A stretch of 64,000 bases of DNA. Source: Macrostomum hystrix. Its lineage: Eukaryota; Animalia; Platyhelminthes. Both the position numbers and the translations under genes were made by a program. The stretch covers positions 1,612,001-1,676,000 of the forward strand of contig CATNEN010000001.1 of assembly GCA_950097015.1 (NCBI GenBank), given 5' to 3'. Shown here piece after piece: positions 24,515 through 37,734 of this stretch. The notes below the pieces were generated by a model. It searched no databases. It saw nothing but the letters and a program-made list of their open reading frames with translations, and was not told the DNA's origin. The first letter of the stretch is position 1, and every line of letters starts with the position of its first letter.

Positions 24515-26856
24515 ATGAGAACGGGATCTTCATTGAGAATGGGATCTTCATTGAGAACGGGATCTTCATTGAGAATGGGATCTTCATTGAGAATGGGATC
24601 TTCATTGAGAACGGGATCTTCATTGAGAATGGGATCTTCATTGAGAATGGGATCTTCATTGAGAACGGGATCTTCATTGAGAATGGGATCTTCATTGAGA
24701 ATGGGATCTTCATTGAGAATGGGATCTTCATTGAGAATGGGATCTTCATTGAGAATGGGATCTTCATTGAGAATGGGATCTTCATTGAGAATGGGATCTT
24801 CATTGAGAATGGGATCTTCATTGAGAATGGGATCTTCATTGAGAATGGGATCTTCATTGAGAATGGGATCTTCATTGAGAATGGGATCTTCATTGAGAAT
24901 GGGATCTTCATTGAGAATGGGATCTTCATTGAGAATGGGATCTTCATTGAGAATGGGATCTTCATTCAGAATGGGATCTTCATTGAGAATGGGATCTTCA
25001 TTGAGAATGGGATCTTCATTGAGAAGAGGATCTTCATTGAGAATGGGATCTTCATTGAGAATAGGATCTTCATTGAGAATGGGATCTTCATTGAGAATGG
25101 GATCTTAATTGAGAACGGGATCTTCATTGAGAATGGGATCTTCATTGAGAATGGGATCTTCATTCAGAATGGGATCTTCATTGAGAATGGGATCTTCATT
25201 GAGAATGGGATCTTCATTGAGAATGGGATCTTCATTGAGAATGGGATCTTCATTGAGAATAGGATCTTCATTGAGAATAGGATCTTAATTGAGAACGGGA
25301 TATTCATTGAGAATGGGATCTTCATTGAGAATGGGATCTTCATTGAGAACGGGATCTTCATTGAGAATGGGATCTTCATTGAGAATGGGATCTTCATTGA
25401 GAATGGGATCTTCATTGAGAATGGGATCTTCATTGAGAATGGGATCTTCATTGAGAATGGGATCTTCATTGAGAATGGGATCTTCATTGAGAATGAGATC
25501 TTAATTGAGAACGGGATATTCATTGAGAATGGGATCTTCATTGAGAATGGGATCTTCATTGAGAACAGGATCTTCATTGAGAATGGGATCTTCATTGAGA
25601 ATGGGATCTTCATTGAGAATGGGATCTTCATTGAGAATGGGATCTTCATTGAGAATGGGATCTTCATTGAGAATGGGATATTCATTGAGAATGGGATCTT
25701 CATTGAGAATGGGATCTTCATTGAGAATAGGATCTTCATTGAGAATGGGATCTTCATTGAGAACGGGATCTTCATTGAGAATAGGATCTTCATTGAGAAT
25801 GGGATCTTCATTGAGAATAGGATCTTCATTGAGAATGGGATCTTCATTGAGAACGGGATCTGAGAATGGGATCTTCATTGAGAATGGGATCTTCATTGAG
25901 AATGGGATCTTCATTGAGAATGGGATCTTCATTGAGAATGGGATCTTCATTGAGAACGGGATCTTCATTGAGAATGGGATCTTCATTGAGAATGGGATCT
26001 TCATTGAGAACGGGATCTTCATTGAGAATGGGATCTTCATTGAGAATGGGATCTTCATTGAGAACGGGATCTTCATTGAGAATGGGATCTTCATTGAGAA
26101 TGGGATCTTCATTGAGAATGGGATCTTCATTGAGAATGGGATCTTCATTGAGAATGGGATCTTCATTGAGAATGGGATCTTCATTGAGAATGGGATCTTC
26201 ATTGAGAATGGGATCTTCATTGAGAATGGGATCTTCATTGAGAATGGGATCTTCATTGAGAATGGGATCTTCATTGAGAATGGGATCTTCATTGAGAATG
26301 GGATCTTCATTGAGAATGGGATCTTCATTGAGAATGGGATCTTCATTGAGAATGGGATCTTCATTCAGAATGGGATCTTCATTGAGAATGGGATCTTCAT
26401 TGAGAATGGGATCTTCATTGAGAAGAGGATCTTCATTGAGAATGGGATCTTCATTGAGAATAGGATCTTCATTGAGAATGGGATCTTCATTGAGAATGGG
26501 ATCTTAATTGAGAACGGGATCTTCATTGAGAATGGGATCTTCATTGAGAATGGGATCTTCATTGAGAATGGGATCTTCATTGAGAATGGGATCTTCATTG
26601 AGAACGGGATCTTCATTGAGAATGGGATCTTCATTGAGAATGGGATCTTCATTGAGAATGGGATCTTCATTGAGAATGGGATCTTCATTGATAATGGGAT
26701 CTTCATTGAGAATGGGATCTTCATTGAGAATCGGATCTGAGAATGGGATCTTCATTGAGAATGGGATCTAAGAATCGGATCTGAGAATGGGATCTTCATT
26801 GATAATGGGATCTTCATTGAGAATGGGATCTTCATTGAGAATTGGATCTGAGAATC
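24515..26856. repeat. 18-bp minisatellite array B (GAGAATGGGATCTTCATT)
   Basis: Tandem units, with occasional 13-bp deletion units that shift the ORF frames. Confidence 0.98.
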
Positions 26857-26864
26857 GGAGCTCC

Positions 26865-26977
26865 CAAGCCGTAAAGCCTTCTCACCGTGACTGCGCCCCA
26901 AATGAATGTGGCCTCGCCGCGGAATCGAGCTCAGGGACCTTGGTACGAGAGGCAAGCGCGTTAGACATTCTGCCACT
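26865..26977 (-). mobile_element. SINE family A 5' head fragment
   Basis: Reverse complement GTGGCAGAATGTCTAACGCGCTTGCCTCTCG...GCTCGATTCCGCGGCGAGGCC matches the family A head. Confidence 0.7.
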
Positions 26978-28699
26978 CAACCCCTGGATGTTTTGCCATA
27001 GACTAATTGATGTTGGAACCATGGAAATGACAGTTTTTTTCTAGAAGAGATCAGATCTGAAATTCTGCTAAGAATCTCGACGCATTCAAACACTGCAAGG
27101 TTTTCTGTGTGGGTGGATGTTTTCTTAAAAAAGCGGCACTTTGACGCAAAACCAAACTGACTGTGTCAGCTTTCTGATTAATTTTCTAAGACGGAGACAG
27201 AGAAGGCCCAGTTGACTGACAGCCTAGACCTGCATGGGCTTGCTTGTTGCCATAGAGTAGGCGTTGCTGCAAATTAAAATCGGAATCAAATATTCAATCA
27301 GTGATTTCTGAAATATTCTTCCAAATCCGCATTTTCGTCTCCTAGTTAATTTTTTAGTCTGCTCCCAATCGTGTACAGGCTAAACTGATGCATTGCAGTT
27401 GCTGCTGTGGAGCTGGTTGTCATTTACTTGCTAGCGAGCAATTATTTCTAGTTAATTAATTAAATACTTAAAAAGATCAATTCTAAAAAATGATGCATAA
27501 ATATGTCTTTACATAATTAGTAAGGACTTTTTCTAATTAATTTATCACAACGGACTGCAGCTTATTGTTATAAAAATTGGTATGGATGGATAAATGACGG
27601 ACAAAATACTAATTTCATTAACATAGCTATACATGACAATAAATAGCATTAATTAAGTTATTTATGATAAAATAACTTTATGGACTTGAAAGCGCTACTT
27701 TTCAACAAATGTAACAATTGCAAAAATTCAAAAATTAAACTTTATGCAGTGTATTTAAAATTGTAGAGCTGCAAAGCTGCAAGAAAGTACAAGTATATCT
27801 ACAAAGCAGAATATCTAACTTTGAAACTTTACAGCAATACTGCTAAGTCGTAATAATCTTTGTCATTTGTAATCTTCTGGTTAATAGTTATATATTTATA
27901 TATTTATATATTTAAATATTTATATATTTATATACAGTAATACTATAGTATGTATGTATAGCATTACTGCATTCGTATCGCACTGTTACACAATATATTT
28001 TTGTGAGCTCATTTTTAAAGATTTTGCTTGTAGTTTATGTGTCATTCATTTATACATCCTGAATAATAATTAATTAATTATTTATTCCTAATCACAAGGT
28101 TGCAAACTAACAAAATAAAAACCATAACCACCATGCACTTTTATATTTGATTATGACGAGCCACCAAATGTGTAATTCTTTGCAATAAACGCTCATAATG
28201 AGAACTATGTGCTCTTTAAAACTTCCTCGACTAACAGATTAACTTTCAAAATGGTGCGATGACGTGCTCGCGGTCACGCGTAGAACGTGCGTAAAAATGC
28301 GCGTTAATTAACGCATGTACGAATTAACACGAGTACGTTGTAATACACGAATTTTACGCGCGTATGACAACTAAAAATACACGCGCGTCACAAATTGAGT
28401 AAAACAACGCGAGTATTACACGTGTTACAGCTACGTAAAACCAACACGCGGTTATTTACTCGGCAGTTACACTCGTTCTACCCGCATGATCTGAGATTGT
28501 GGTTGATTGGATCAGACCTATTCCCGGAATACAGGTGGATCTGTTTCACTGGATTGGGGGCCGATTAAGTGAGCAATTAATCTCCGGGGTATAAACTATA
28601 CTGACTTTTGAAGAGCATTTTTAACACACTCCCTTTCTGTTTCAATGCCAGTCTGTTAAATCTCTTCGTTGAAACGGATACACTCGGTAGTGTGCTGAA

Positions 28700-30304
28700 A
28701 TGTAAGTTAAAAAGATAATGAACTTTTTTAGCAGAAACGCATTGCGCCTCGATAAAATTTCTATAGCTGAATAGAAATTCAGCTTCAGGCTTCCTGAAGT
28801 TTCAGGCCCCTGAAGTTTCAGGCTTCCTGAAGTTTCCGGCTCCCTGAAGTCTTGAAATCCCTGAAGTTTCAGGCTTCCTGAAGTTTTAAGCTCCCTGAAC
28901 TTTCAGCCTCCATGAAGTTTTTCACCCGAGTTTATCTTGAAAATTGTCAGAAAATCGTTTCATCTGGTGTACTTTGAACGTATAGTTTCGTAATTCGTTT
29001 TTAGAAGAAAAAATATTAATATTTTCTAAGAAATCACGGTGGCAACAATCGCGCTACAAGCGTAACAAAACCTACCCCTTCAGGAAACTCCCATTCAGGA
29101 ACCTCCCCTTCAGGATTCTCCCCTTCAGGAACCTCTCCCTTAAAATTATTTAACTACACCTGCCCCAACTGGACCTGATCCGACAGTACAGTCGCACCTA
29201 TTGCGCGGCGCATCTGAAGGCTGCGTACGGCTATTCAGTCCATGGACTGTGGGGACGACAACACCCACCCTCAATTAAACCAGCTAATGCTGGTGTCCAT
29301 TTAACAGCTGGCTGAACTGAAGCAAAGCAGAAAAAAAGTAACTTGCTAAACGACACAAATTGGTAAAGTTATGATTGATACATATTTTCTAAATCTTCAA
29401 GAAAATCCACTTCCAATAAAAAAACCCACGCACTTCAGAATCCCTTTCAATCCATTGTTATCGAAGGTCACCGAACCCGTCGTGCAAGCGCAGCTTGACC
29501 TGGCTCACAACCAGTTTCGTCCTCATCCTGATGCTGATGGCACCAAGAACTTCGACGGTCGTAGGCGCCGCAACTAGCGGCACTTTTGATCCGGCTTCGA
29601 TAGTGCGCCAGCCGTCATATCATCGCTGCTCATTTGGCCCGGTGAACAAGAACGAGGTCACCTGCGACTCGAGGTTGATTCAACTGTTTACGAAATTTTG
29701 CGCCAGGTACTGCCACTTCTATCGCCAGCTACACCAAAACATCCAGACTCCTAGAGGTGAGACGATTTTTCACCACTGTCTCCTATCGACACAAAAAATC
29801 TTGCTTTTCAGAAGCTTACGCACCACAATACCAGAATCGCTAATTCCACACTGGAAAATAATTTACTACCCCATTAGAAACACAAATCCCACACAAAAAA
29901 GTCATTACCAAAACAGAAATATCACTACCCAATCAGAGACGTCACTACCCAATCAGAGACGTCACTACCACACAAGAAACGTCACTACCACACCAGAAAC
30001 GTCACTACACCATTAGAAACGTCATTACCCAATCAAAATTGTCCCTATAAAATCAGATACGTCACTATCCAATCGGAAATGTCACTACCACACCAGAAAC
30101 GACGTCACTACCCAATCAGAAACGTCACTACCACACCAGAATCGTCACTACCAAATCAGAAACTGAACGAAAATCCAAATTAAACGATTCAATTTCACAG
30201 TTCGAAGAAGCTATGAATTTGACAATGGTGACGGACTATTCTGCACTTGCTGCGCTAAAAAATGTAACATGCGCACCTTGTTGTCATTCTGCCCGTGTAC
30301 CTGA
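28700..30304 (+). CDS. Insulin-like peptide precursor, copy 2 (131 aa). Coding exons 28700-28701, 29467-29756, 30201-30304
   Basis: MSPNPSCKRSLTWLTTSFVLILMLMAPRTSTVVGAATSGTFDPASIVRQPSYHRCSFGPVNKNEVTCDSRLIQLFTKFCARYCHFYRQLHQNIQTPRVRRSYEFDNGDGLFCTCCAKKCNMRTLLSFCPCT*. Same exon sizes, splice sites and Cys pattern as copy 1. Confidence 0.88.
29151..29320 (-). mobile_element. SINE family B 3' fragment in ILP copy 2 intron 1
   Basis: GCGCATCTGAAGGCTGCGTAC...CAGTCCATGGACTGTGGGG...CATTTAACAGCTGG is the reverse complement of the body of 8391-8678. Absent from copies 1 and 3. Confidence 0.75.
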
Positions 30305-30586
30305 TTCTGTCCCGGCTACAAACAACGGTTTAATTCCACTGATCGGACAACTGAAGATATCGGCAAAATTATTGACTATATTAAATATTGAAACAAAGTT
30401 AAGATCAGTAAAACAACTAAACGAAAATAATGTTTGGAACTTCCCAATTAGTTCTACGATATCAGAATGAAAAGCAACAATAAATAAATTCAGTGCTTGA
30501 TAATTCTTTGCTTTCGTTTTTGTTTCTTTTTTATCGATAAAATATCAAACAATTATATTCAGTACTAAGCTTCAGAAAATCTGAAG

Positions 30587-30660
30587 CCGGTGAGGCGGAT
30601 TTGAACCACCGACCTAAGTATCGCTGCACATTTTCAGTCTACAGTCCTCCTCTACCAACT
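30587..30660 (-). pseudogene. tRNA-Tyr pseudogene, 5'-truncated
   Basis: Retains the CTGTAG anticodon and intron but has a 2-nt D-arm deletion and lacks the 5' acceptor strand. Confidence 0.8.
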
Positions 30661-31331
30661 CATCGTTCTATCATTCTCACCTTCTCATCGATCTACTCAA
30701 ACATTCTCATCGTACTCATGGATCTCATTAATCGACTCAAACGTGCTCAATGAAAACGGGATCTTCATTGAGAATAGAATTGCAATCGAGTTTGGGATTT
30801 CAATCAAGATTCGGGATCTTAATAGAGAATGGGTTTCTATTCGAGAATGGGCTTCTAAAACAGAATCGGATTTTTTCGAAAATGGGATTTTAATGGAGAA
30901 TACCCAGTCGCGGTACTGGTTTTCTAATGTCGCGCCTAGTTCGACCAACCGTGATGCTGATCATACAGCTCGCTGGATGCTTAATGGCAACCAGTTTATT
31001 AGCTGGCTGGGGCGATACCCATCTATCCGCAGCTTACATCGGTGTCGCCATGTACGGCCTGTGCATAGCAATGGTATTTCCAACTGGCATTACTTGGCTA
31101 GCTGAGAGGATAGATGTTACAGGTGCTTTAGCCAGCACCTGGTCTATTGGCACCTACATCGGTGCGAGCACCTACCCATTGTCAACTGGATTTCTGATTG
31201 GCGTTCAAAACACTGGCGCCATCGCTATGATGTACTTGGCTGCGGCTGTCTCGGCAGCCTACCTTCTGGTTGCCTTGGCAATGATGCTGGCGGCTAGAGG
31301 GATCAAACATCAGTTCTTGAATTCTTTGTAA
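30660..31331 (+). pseudogene. Partial duplicate of the MFS gene: pieces of introns 1 and 2 plus most of the last exon (30905-31331)
   Basis: ORF 30927-31331 translates identically to 19164-19568, but the splice acceptor and first ~40 nt of the exon are missing. Upstream sequence matches 15617-16050 and ~16670-16760. Confidence 0.85.
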
Positions 31332-31337
31332 CTCCGA

Positions 31338-34300
31338 AAATAGGATCTTCATTGAGAATGGGATCTTCTTAAAGAATGGGATCTTCATTGAGAATGGGAT
31401 CTTCATTGAGAATGGGATCTTCATTGAGAATGGGATCTTCATTGAGAATGGGATCTTCATTGAGAATGGGATCTTCATTGAGAATGGGATCTTCTTAAAG
31501 AATGGGATCTTCATTGAGAATGGGATCTTCATTGAGAATGGGATCTTCATTGAGAATGGGATCTTCATTGAGAATGGGATCTTCATTGAGAATGGGATCT
31601 TCATTGAGAATGGGATCTTCATTGAGAATGGGATCTTCATTGAGAATGGGATCTTCATTGATAATGGGATCTTCATTGAGAATGGGATCTTCATTGAGAA
31701 TGGGATCTTCATTGAGAATGGGATCTTCATTGAGAATGGGATCTTCATTGAGAATGGGATCTTCATTGAGAATGGGATCTTCATTGAGAATGGGATCTTC
31801 ATTGAGAATGAGATCTTCATTGAGAATGAGATCTTCATTGAGAATGGGATCTTCATTGAGAATGAGATCTTCATTGAGAATCGGATCTTCATTGAGAATG
31901 GGATCTTCATTGAGAATGGGATCTTCATTAAGAATGGGATCTTCATTGAGAATAGGATCTTCATTGAGAATGGGATCTTCATTAAGAATGGGATCTTCAT
32001 TGAGAATAGGATCTTCATTGAGAATGGGATCTTCATTGAGAATGGGATCTTCATTGAGAATGGGATATTCATTGAGAATGGGATCTTCATTGTGAATGGG
32101 ATCTTCATTGAGAATGGGATCTTCATTGAGAATGGGATCTTCATTGAGAATCGGATCTTCATTGAGAATCGGATCTGAGAATGGGATCTTCATTGAGAAT
32201 GGGATCTTCATTGAGAATGGGATCTTCATTGAGAATGGGATCTTCATTGAGAATGGGATCTTCATTGAGAATGGGATCTTCATTGAGAATGGGATCTTCA
32301 TTGAGAATGGGATCTTCATTGAGAATGGGATCTTCATTGAGAATAGGATCTTCATTGAGAATGAGATCTTCATTGAGAATGGGATCTTCATTAAGAATGG
32401 GATCTTCATTGAGAATGGGATCTTCATTGAGAATGGGATCTTCATTGAGAATGGGATCTTCATTGAGAATGGGATCTTCATTGAGAATGGGATCTTCATT
32501 AAGAATGGGATCTTCATTGAGAATGGGATCTTCATTGAGAATGGGATCTTCATTGAGAATGGGATCTTCATTGAGAATGGGATATTCATTGAGAATGGGA
32601 TCTTCATTGAGAATGGGATCTTCTTAAAGAATGGGATCTTCATTGAGAATGGGATCTTCATTGAGAATGGGATCTTCATTGAGAATGGGATCTTCATTAA
32701 GAATGGGATCTTCATTGAGAATGGGATCTTCATTAAGAATGGGATCTTCATTGAGAATAGGATCTTCATTGAGAATGGGATCTTCATTAAGAATGGGATC
32801 TTCATTGAGAATAGGATCTTCATTGAGAATGGGATCTTCATTGAGAATGGGATCTTCATTGAGAATGGGATATTCATTGAGAATGGGATCTTCATTGTGA
32901 ATGGGATCTTCATTGAGAATCGGATCTTCATTGAGAATCGGATCTTCATTGAGAATGGGATCTTCATTGAGAATGGGATCTTCATTGAGAATGGGATCTT
33001 CATTGAGAATGAGATCTTCATTGAGAATAGGATCTTCATTGAGAATGGGATCTTCATTGAGAATGGGATCTTCATTGAGAATGGGATCTTCATTGAGAAT
33101 GGGATCTTCATTGAGAATGGGATCTTCATTGAGAATGGGATCTTCATTGAGAATGGGATCTTCATTGAGAATGGGATCTTCATTGAGAATGGGATCTTCA
33201 TTGAGAATGGGATCTTCATTGAGAATGGGATCTTCATTGATAATGGGATCTTCATTGAGAATGGGATCTTCATTGAGAATGGGATATTCATTGAGAATGG
33301 GATATTCATTGAGAATGGGATCTTCATTGTGAATGGGATATTCATTGAGAATGGGATCTTCATTGATAATGGGATCTTCATTGAGAATGGGATCTTCATT
33401 GAGAATGGGATCTTCATTGAGAATGGGATATTCATTGAGAATGGGATCTTCATTGTGAATGGGATCTTCATTGAGAATCGGATCTTCATTGAGAATCGGA
33501 TCTTCATTGAGAATCGGATCTTCATTGAGAATCGGATCTTCATTGAGAATCGGATCTTCATTGAGAATCGGATCTTCATTGAGAATGGGATCTTCATTGA
33601 GAATGGGATCTTCATTGAGAATGGGATCTTCATTGAGAATGGGATCTTCATTAAGAATGGGATCTTCATTGAGAATCGGATCTTCATTGAGAATGAGATC
33701 TTCATTGAGAATGGGATCTTCATTGAGAATGGGATCTTCATTGAGAATGGGATCTTCATTGAGAATCGGATCTTCATTGAGAATGGGATCTTCATTGAGA
33801 ATGGGATCTTCATTGAGAATGGGATATTCATTCAGAATGGGATCTTCATTGAGAATCGGATCTTCATTGAGAATGGGATCTTCATTGAGAATGGGATCTT
33901 CATTGAGAATGGGATCTTCATTGAGAATCGGATCTTCATTGAGAATGGGATCTTCATTGAGAATGGGATCTTCATTGAGAATGGGATCTTCATTGAGAAT
34001 GGGATCTTCATTGAGAATGGGATATTCATTGAGAATGGGATCTTCATTGAGAATGGGATATTCATTGAGAATGGGATATTCATTGAGAATGGGATCTTCA
34101 TTGAGAATGGGATATTCATTGAGAATGGGATATTCATTGAGAATGGGATCTTCATTGAGAATGGGATATTCATTGAGAATGGGATCTTCATTGAGAATGG
34201 GATCTTCATTGAGAATGGGATCTTCATTGAGAATGGGATCTTCATTGAGAATGGGATCTTCATTGAGAATGGGATCTTCATTGAGAATGGGATCTTCATT

Positions 34301-35122
34301 GAGAATGGGATCTTCATTGAGAATGGGATCTTCATTGAGAATGGGATCTTCATTGAGAATGGGATCTTCATTAAGAATGGGATCTTCATTGAGAATCGGA
34401 TCTTCATTGAGAATGGGATCTTCATTGAGAATGGGATCTTCATTGAGAATGGGATCTTCATTAAGAATGGGATCTTCATTGAGAATGGGATCTTCATTGA
34501 GAATGGGATCTTCATTAAGAATGGGATCTTCATTGAGAATCGGATCTTCTTTGAGAATGGGATCTTCATTGAGAATGGGATCTTCATTGAGAATGGGATC
34601 TTCATTGAGAATGAGATCTTCATTGAGAATGGGATCTTCTTTGAGAATGGGATCTTCATTGAGAATGAGATCTTCATTGAGAATGGGATCTTCATTGAGA
34701 ATGGGATCTTCATTGAGAATGGGATCTTCATTGAGAATGGGATCTTCATTAAGAATGGGATCTTCTTTGAGAATGGGATCTTCATTGAGAATGGGATCTT
34801 CATTAAGAATGGGATCTTCATTGAGAATGAGATCTTCATTGAGAATGGGATCTTCATTGAGAATGGGATCTTCATTGAGAATGGGATCTTCATTGAGAAT
34901 GGGATCTTCATTGAGAATGGGATCTAAGAATCGGATCTGAGAATGGGATCTTCATTGAGAATGGGATATTCATTGAGAATGGGATCTTCATTGAGAATGG
35001 GATATTCATTGAGAATGGGATCTTCATTGAGAATGGGATATTCATTGAGAATGGGATCTTCATTGAGAATGGGATTTTCATTGAGAATGGGATCTTCATT
35101 GAGAATCGGATCTGAGAATGGG
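31338..35122. repeat. 18-bp minisatellite array C (GAGAATGGGATCTTCATT), ~3.8 kb
   Basis: Tandem units; source of the 778-aa and 943-aa pseudo-ORFs. Confidence 0.98.
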
Positions 35123-35128
35123 AGCTCC

Positions 35129-35241
35129 CAAGCCATAAAGCCTTCTCACCGTGACTGCGCCCCAAATGAATGTGGCCTCGCCGCGGAATCGAGCGCAGGG
35201 ACCTTGGTGCGAGAGGCAAGCGCGTTAGACATTCTGCCACT
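35129..35241 (-). mobile_element. SINE family A 5' head fragment (duplicate of 26865-26977)
   Basis: Near-identical to 26865-26977 together with the following ~340 bp. Confidence 0.7.
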
Positions 35242-35891
35242 CAACCCCTGGATGTTTTGCCATTGACTAACTGATGTTGGGACAATGGAAATGACAGTTT
35301 TTTCTAGAAGAGATCAGATCTGAAATTCTGCTAAGAATCTCGACGCATTCAAACACTGCAAGGTTTTCTGTGTGGGTGGATGTTTTCTTAAAAAAGCGGC
35401 ACTTTGACGCAAAACCAAACTGACTGTGTCAGCTTTCTGATTAATTTTCTAAGACGGAGACAGAGAAGGACCAGTTGACTGACAGCCTAGACCTGGGCTT
35501 GCTTGTTGCCATTGAGTAGGCGTTGCTGCAAATCAAAATCGGAATCAAATATTCAATCAGTGATTTCTGAAATATTCTTCCGAATTCGCAAATTCGGTCA
35601 AATTTCGTCGATCGAAATTTTTCTTGGTTTCGCTTTGCGATTCTGAATGCTGGCTCATTGCTGGCTCAATGTCGCTATGGCTCAAATTGCCTAGTGATTG
35701 GATCAGACCGTTTCCCAGAATCCAGGTGGATCTGTTTCACTGGATTGAGGGCAGATTAATTGTGCAATTAATCTCCAGGGTATATATTATACTGGCTTTT
35801 GAAGAGCTTTTTTAACACACTCCTCGTCTGTTGTCAAGGCCAGGCTGTTAAATCTCTTCGTTGAAACGGATACACTCGGTAGTGTGCTGAA

Positions 35892-37734
35892 ATGTAAGTT
35901 CAATGGTTGAAGGATTTTTTTGGCAGAATTGCATTGCGCCTTGACAAATTTTGTATCGCTGAAGGCTCCCTGAAGTGTCAGGCTCCTGAATTTTCAGGTT
36001 CCCTGAAGTCTCAAACTCCCTGAAGTTTCAGGCTCCCTGAAGTTTCAGCCTCCATGAAGTTTCAAGCTACCTGAAGTTTCAGGCTCCCTGAGGTTTCAAG
36101 CTACCTGAAGTTTCAGGCTCCCTGAGGTTTCAAGCTACCTGAAGTTTCAGGCTCCCTGAGGTTTCTGGCTCCCTGAAGTTTCAGGCTCCCTGAGGTTTCA
36201 GGCTCCCTGAAGTTTTTCACCCGAGTTTATCTTGAAAGTTCTCAGCATAAAAGTTTAATCCGGTGTACTTTGAGCGCATCACTTTCGTAATTAGTTTCTA
36301 GAAGAAAAAGATGAATATTTTCCAAGATATCTTGACGGCCAGAAATCGCGCTACAAACGTAACAAAACGAAACATTTTAGTGGCCCACAATTTTGATTTG
36401 ATTATCGATCGAAAACGTGCCAAAGTGGTCTCAATCAGATACAATAGCCAAGGCTGAAATCTATGCGGCGAGCACAGTTTGTGGACATTGGCGTGGGTGG
36501 AAATTCTGCCAGCTAAATTACCGCATGCGCCTACGCATATATATTCCCGGATGTAGAAGACGCCTGTGGTTTCTACTAAGCTCAATTCATTTATTTTCGC
36601 CTGAAAGTCACTCAGTGTGGCTACTAGCTAGACAGACAGCTCAGCAGAGCAGACCAGATAGTACTTGTAGCTCGATTGCGTCAATGAAAGTACAGTGAGT
36701 AGTTTAATTGATTACCTTTACGCCTCAATTAACCACGACACAGCGAATACACCAGGAGGCTTCAGTTACTTTTCAAGAACCCCCCCCTTCAGGAATCTCC
36801 CCTTCAACAAAAAAAAAATTACTGAAGTAAAAACTAGCTAAACGACACAAATTGTTATAATTGACTTTTGTTTTCTTACTCTTGAAGAAAATCCACTTCC
36901 TATTTAAAAAACCCACGCAATCTTCAGAATCCCTTTCAATCCATTGTTATCGAAGGTCATCGGATCCGTCGTGCAAGCGCAGCTTGACCTGGCTCACAAC
37001 CAGTTTCGTCCTCATCCTGATGCTGATGGCACCAAGAACTTCGACGGTCGTAGGCGCCGCAACTAGCGGCAGTTGTGATCCGGTTTCGATAATGCGTCAA
37101 ACGTCATATCATCGCTGCTCATTTGGCCCGGTGAGCAGGAACGATGGCATCTGCGGCTCGAGGTTGATTCAACTGTTCACGAAATTGTGCGTCAGGTACT
37201 GCTACTTCTATCGCCAGCTAGACCAAAACATCCAGACTCCTAGAGGTGAGAAGATTTTTCACCGCTGTATCGTATCACAATACCAGAAAAGATACGTCCA
37301 CACTGGAAAATAATTTACTAACCCATTAGAAACACCAATCCAACGCCAAAAAAGTAATTACCCAATCAGAAACATCACTACCCAATCAGAGACGTCACTA
37401 CCAAACCAGAAACTTCACTACCACACCAGAAACGTCACTACCACACCAGAAACGTCACTACCACACCAGAAACGTCACTACCACACCAGAAACGCCACTA
37501 CCACACCAGAAACGCCACTACCACACCAGAAACGTCACTACCCAGTCAGAAACGTAACTACCACACCAGAAACGTCACTACCAAATCAGAAACTGAACGA
37601 AAATCCAAATTAAACGATTCAATTTCACAGTTCGAAAAAACTATGAATTTGACAATGGTGACGGACTGTACTGCACTTGCTGCGCTAAAAAATGCGACAT
37701 ACGCACCTTGTTTACATTCTGCCCTTGTACCTGA
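35892..37734 (+). CDS. Insulin-like peptide precursor, copy 3 (131 aa). Coding exons 35892-35893, 36956-37245, 37631-37734
   Basis: MSSDPSCKRSLTWLTTSFVLILMLMAPRTSTVVGAATSGSCDPVSIMRQTSYHRCSFGPVSRNDGICGSRLIQLFTKLCVRYCYFYRQLDQNIQTPRVRKNYEFDNGDGLYCTCCAKKCDIRTLFTFCPCT*. CGSRLIQLFTKLC aligns with the insulin B-chain CGSHLVEALYLVC. Confidence 0.9.

Noticed and set aside
19419-35266. Very long ORFs (up to 943 aa) of IENGIF, MKIPFS, RMGSSL or NEDPIL repeats
   Set aside because: Produced by an 18-bp unit without stops in several frames on both strands; frames switch at indel units and there is no unique coding sequence.
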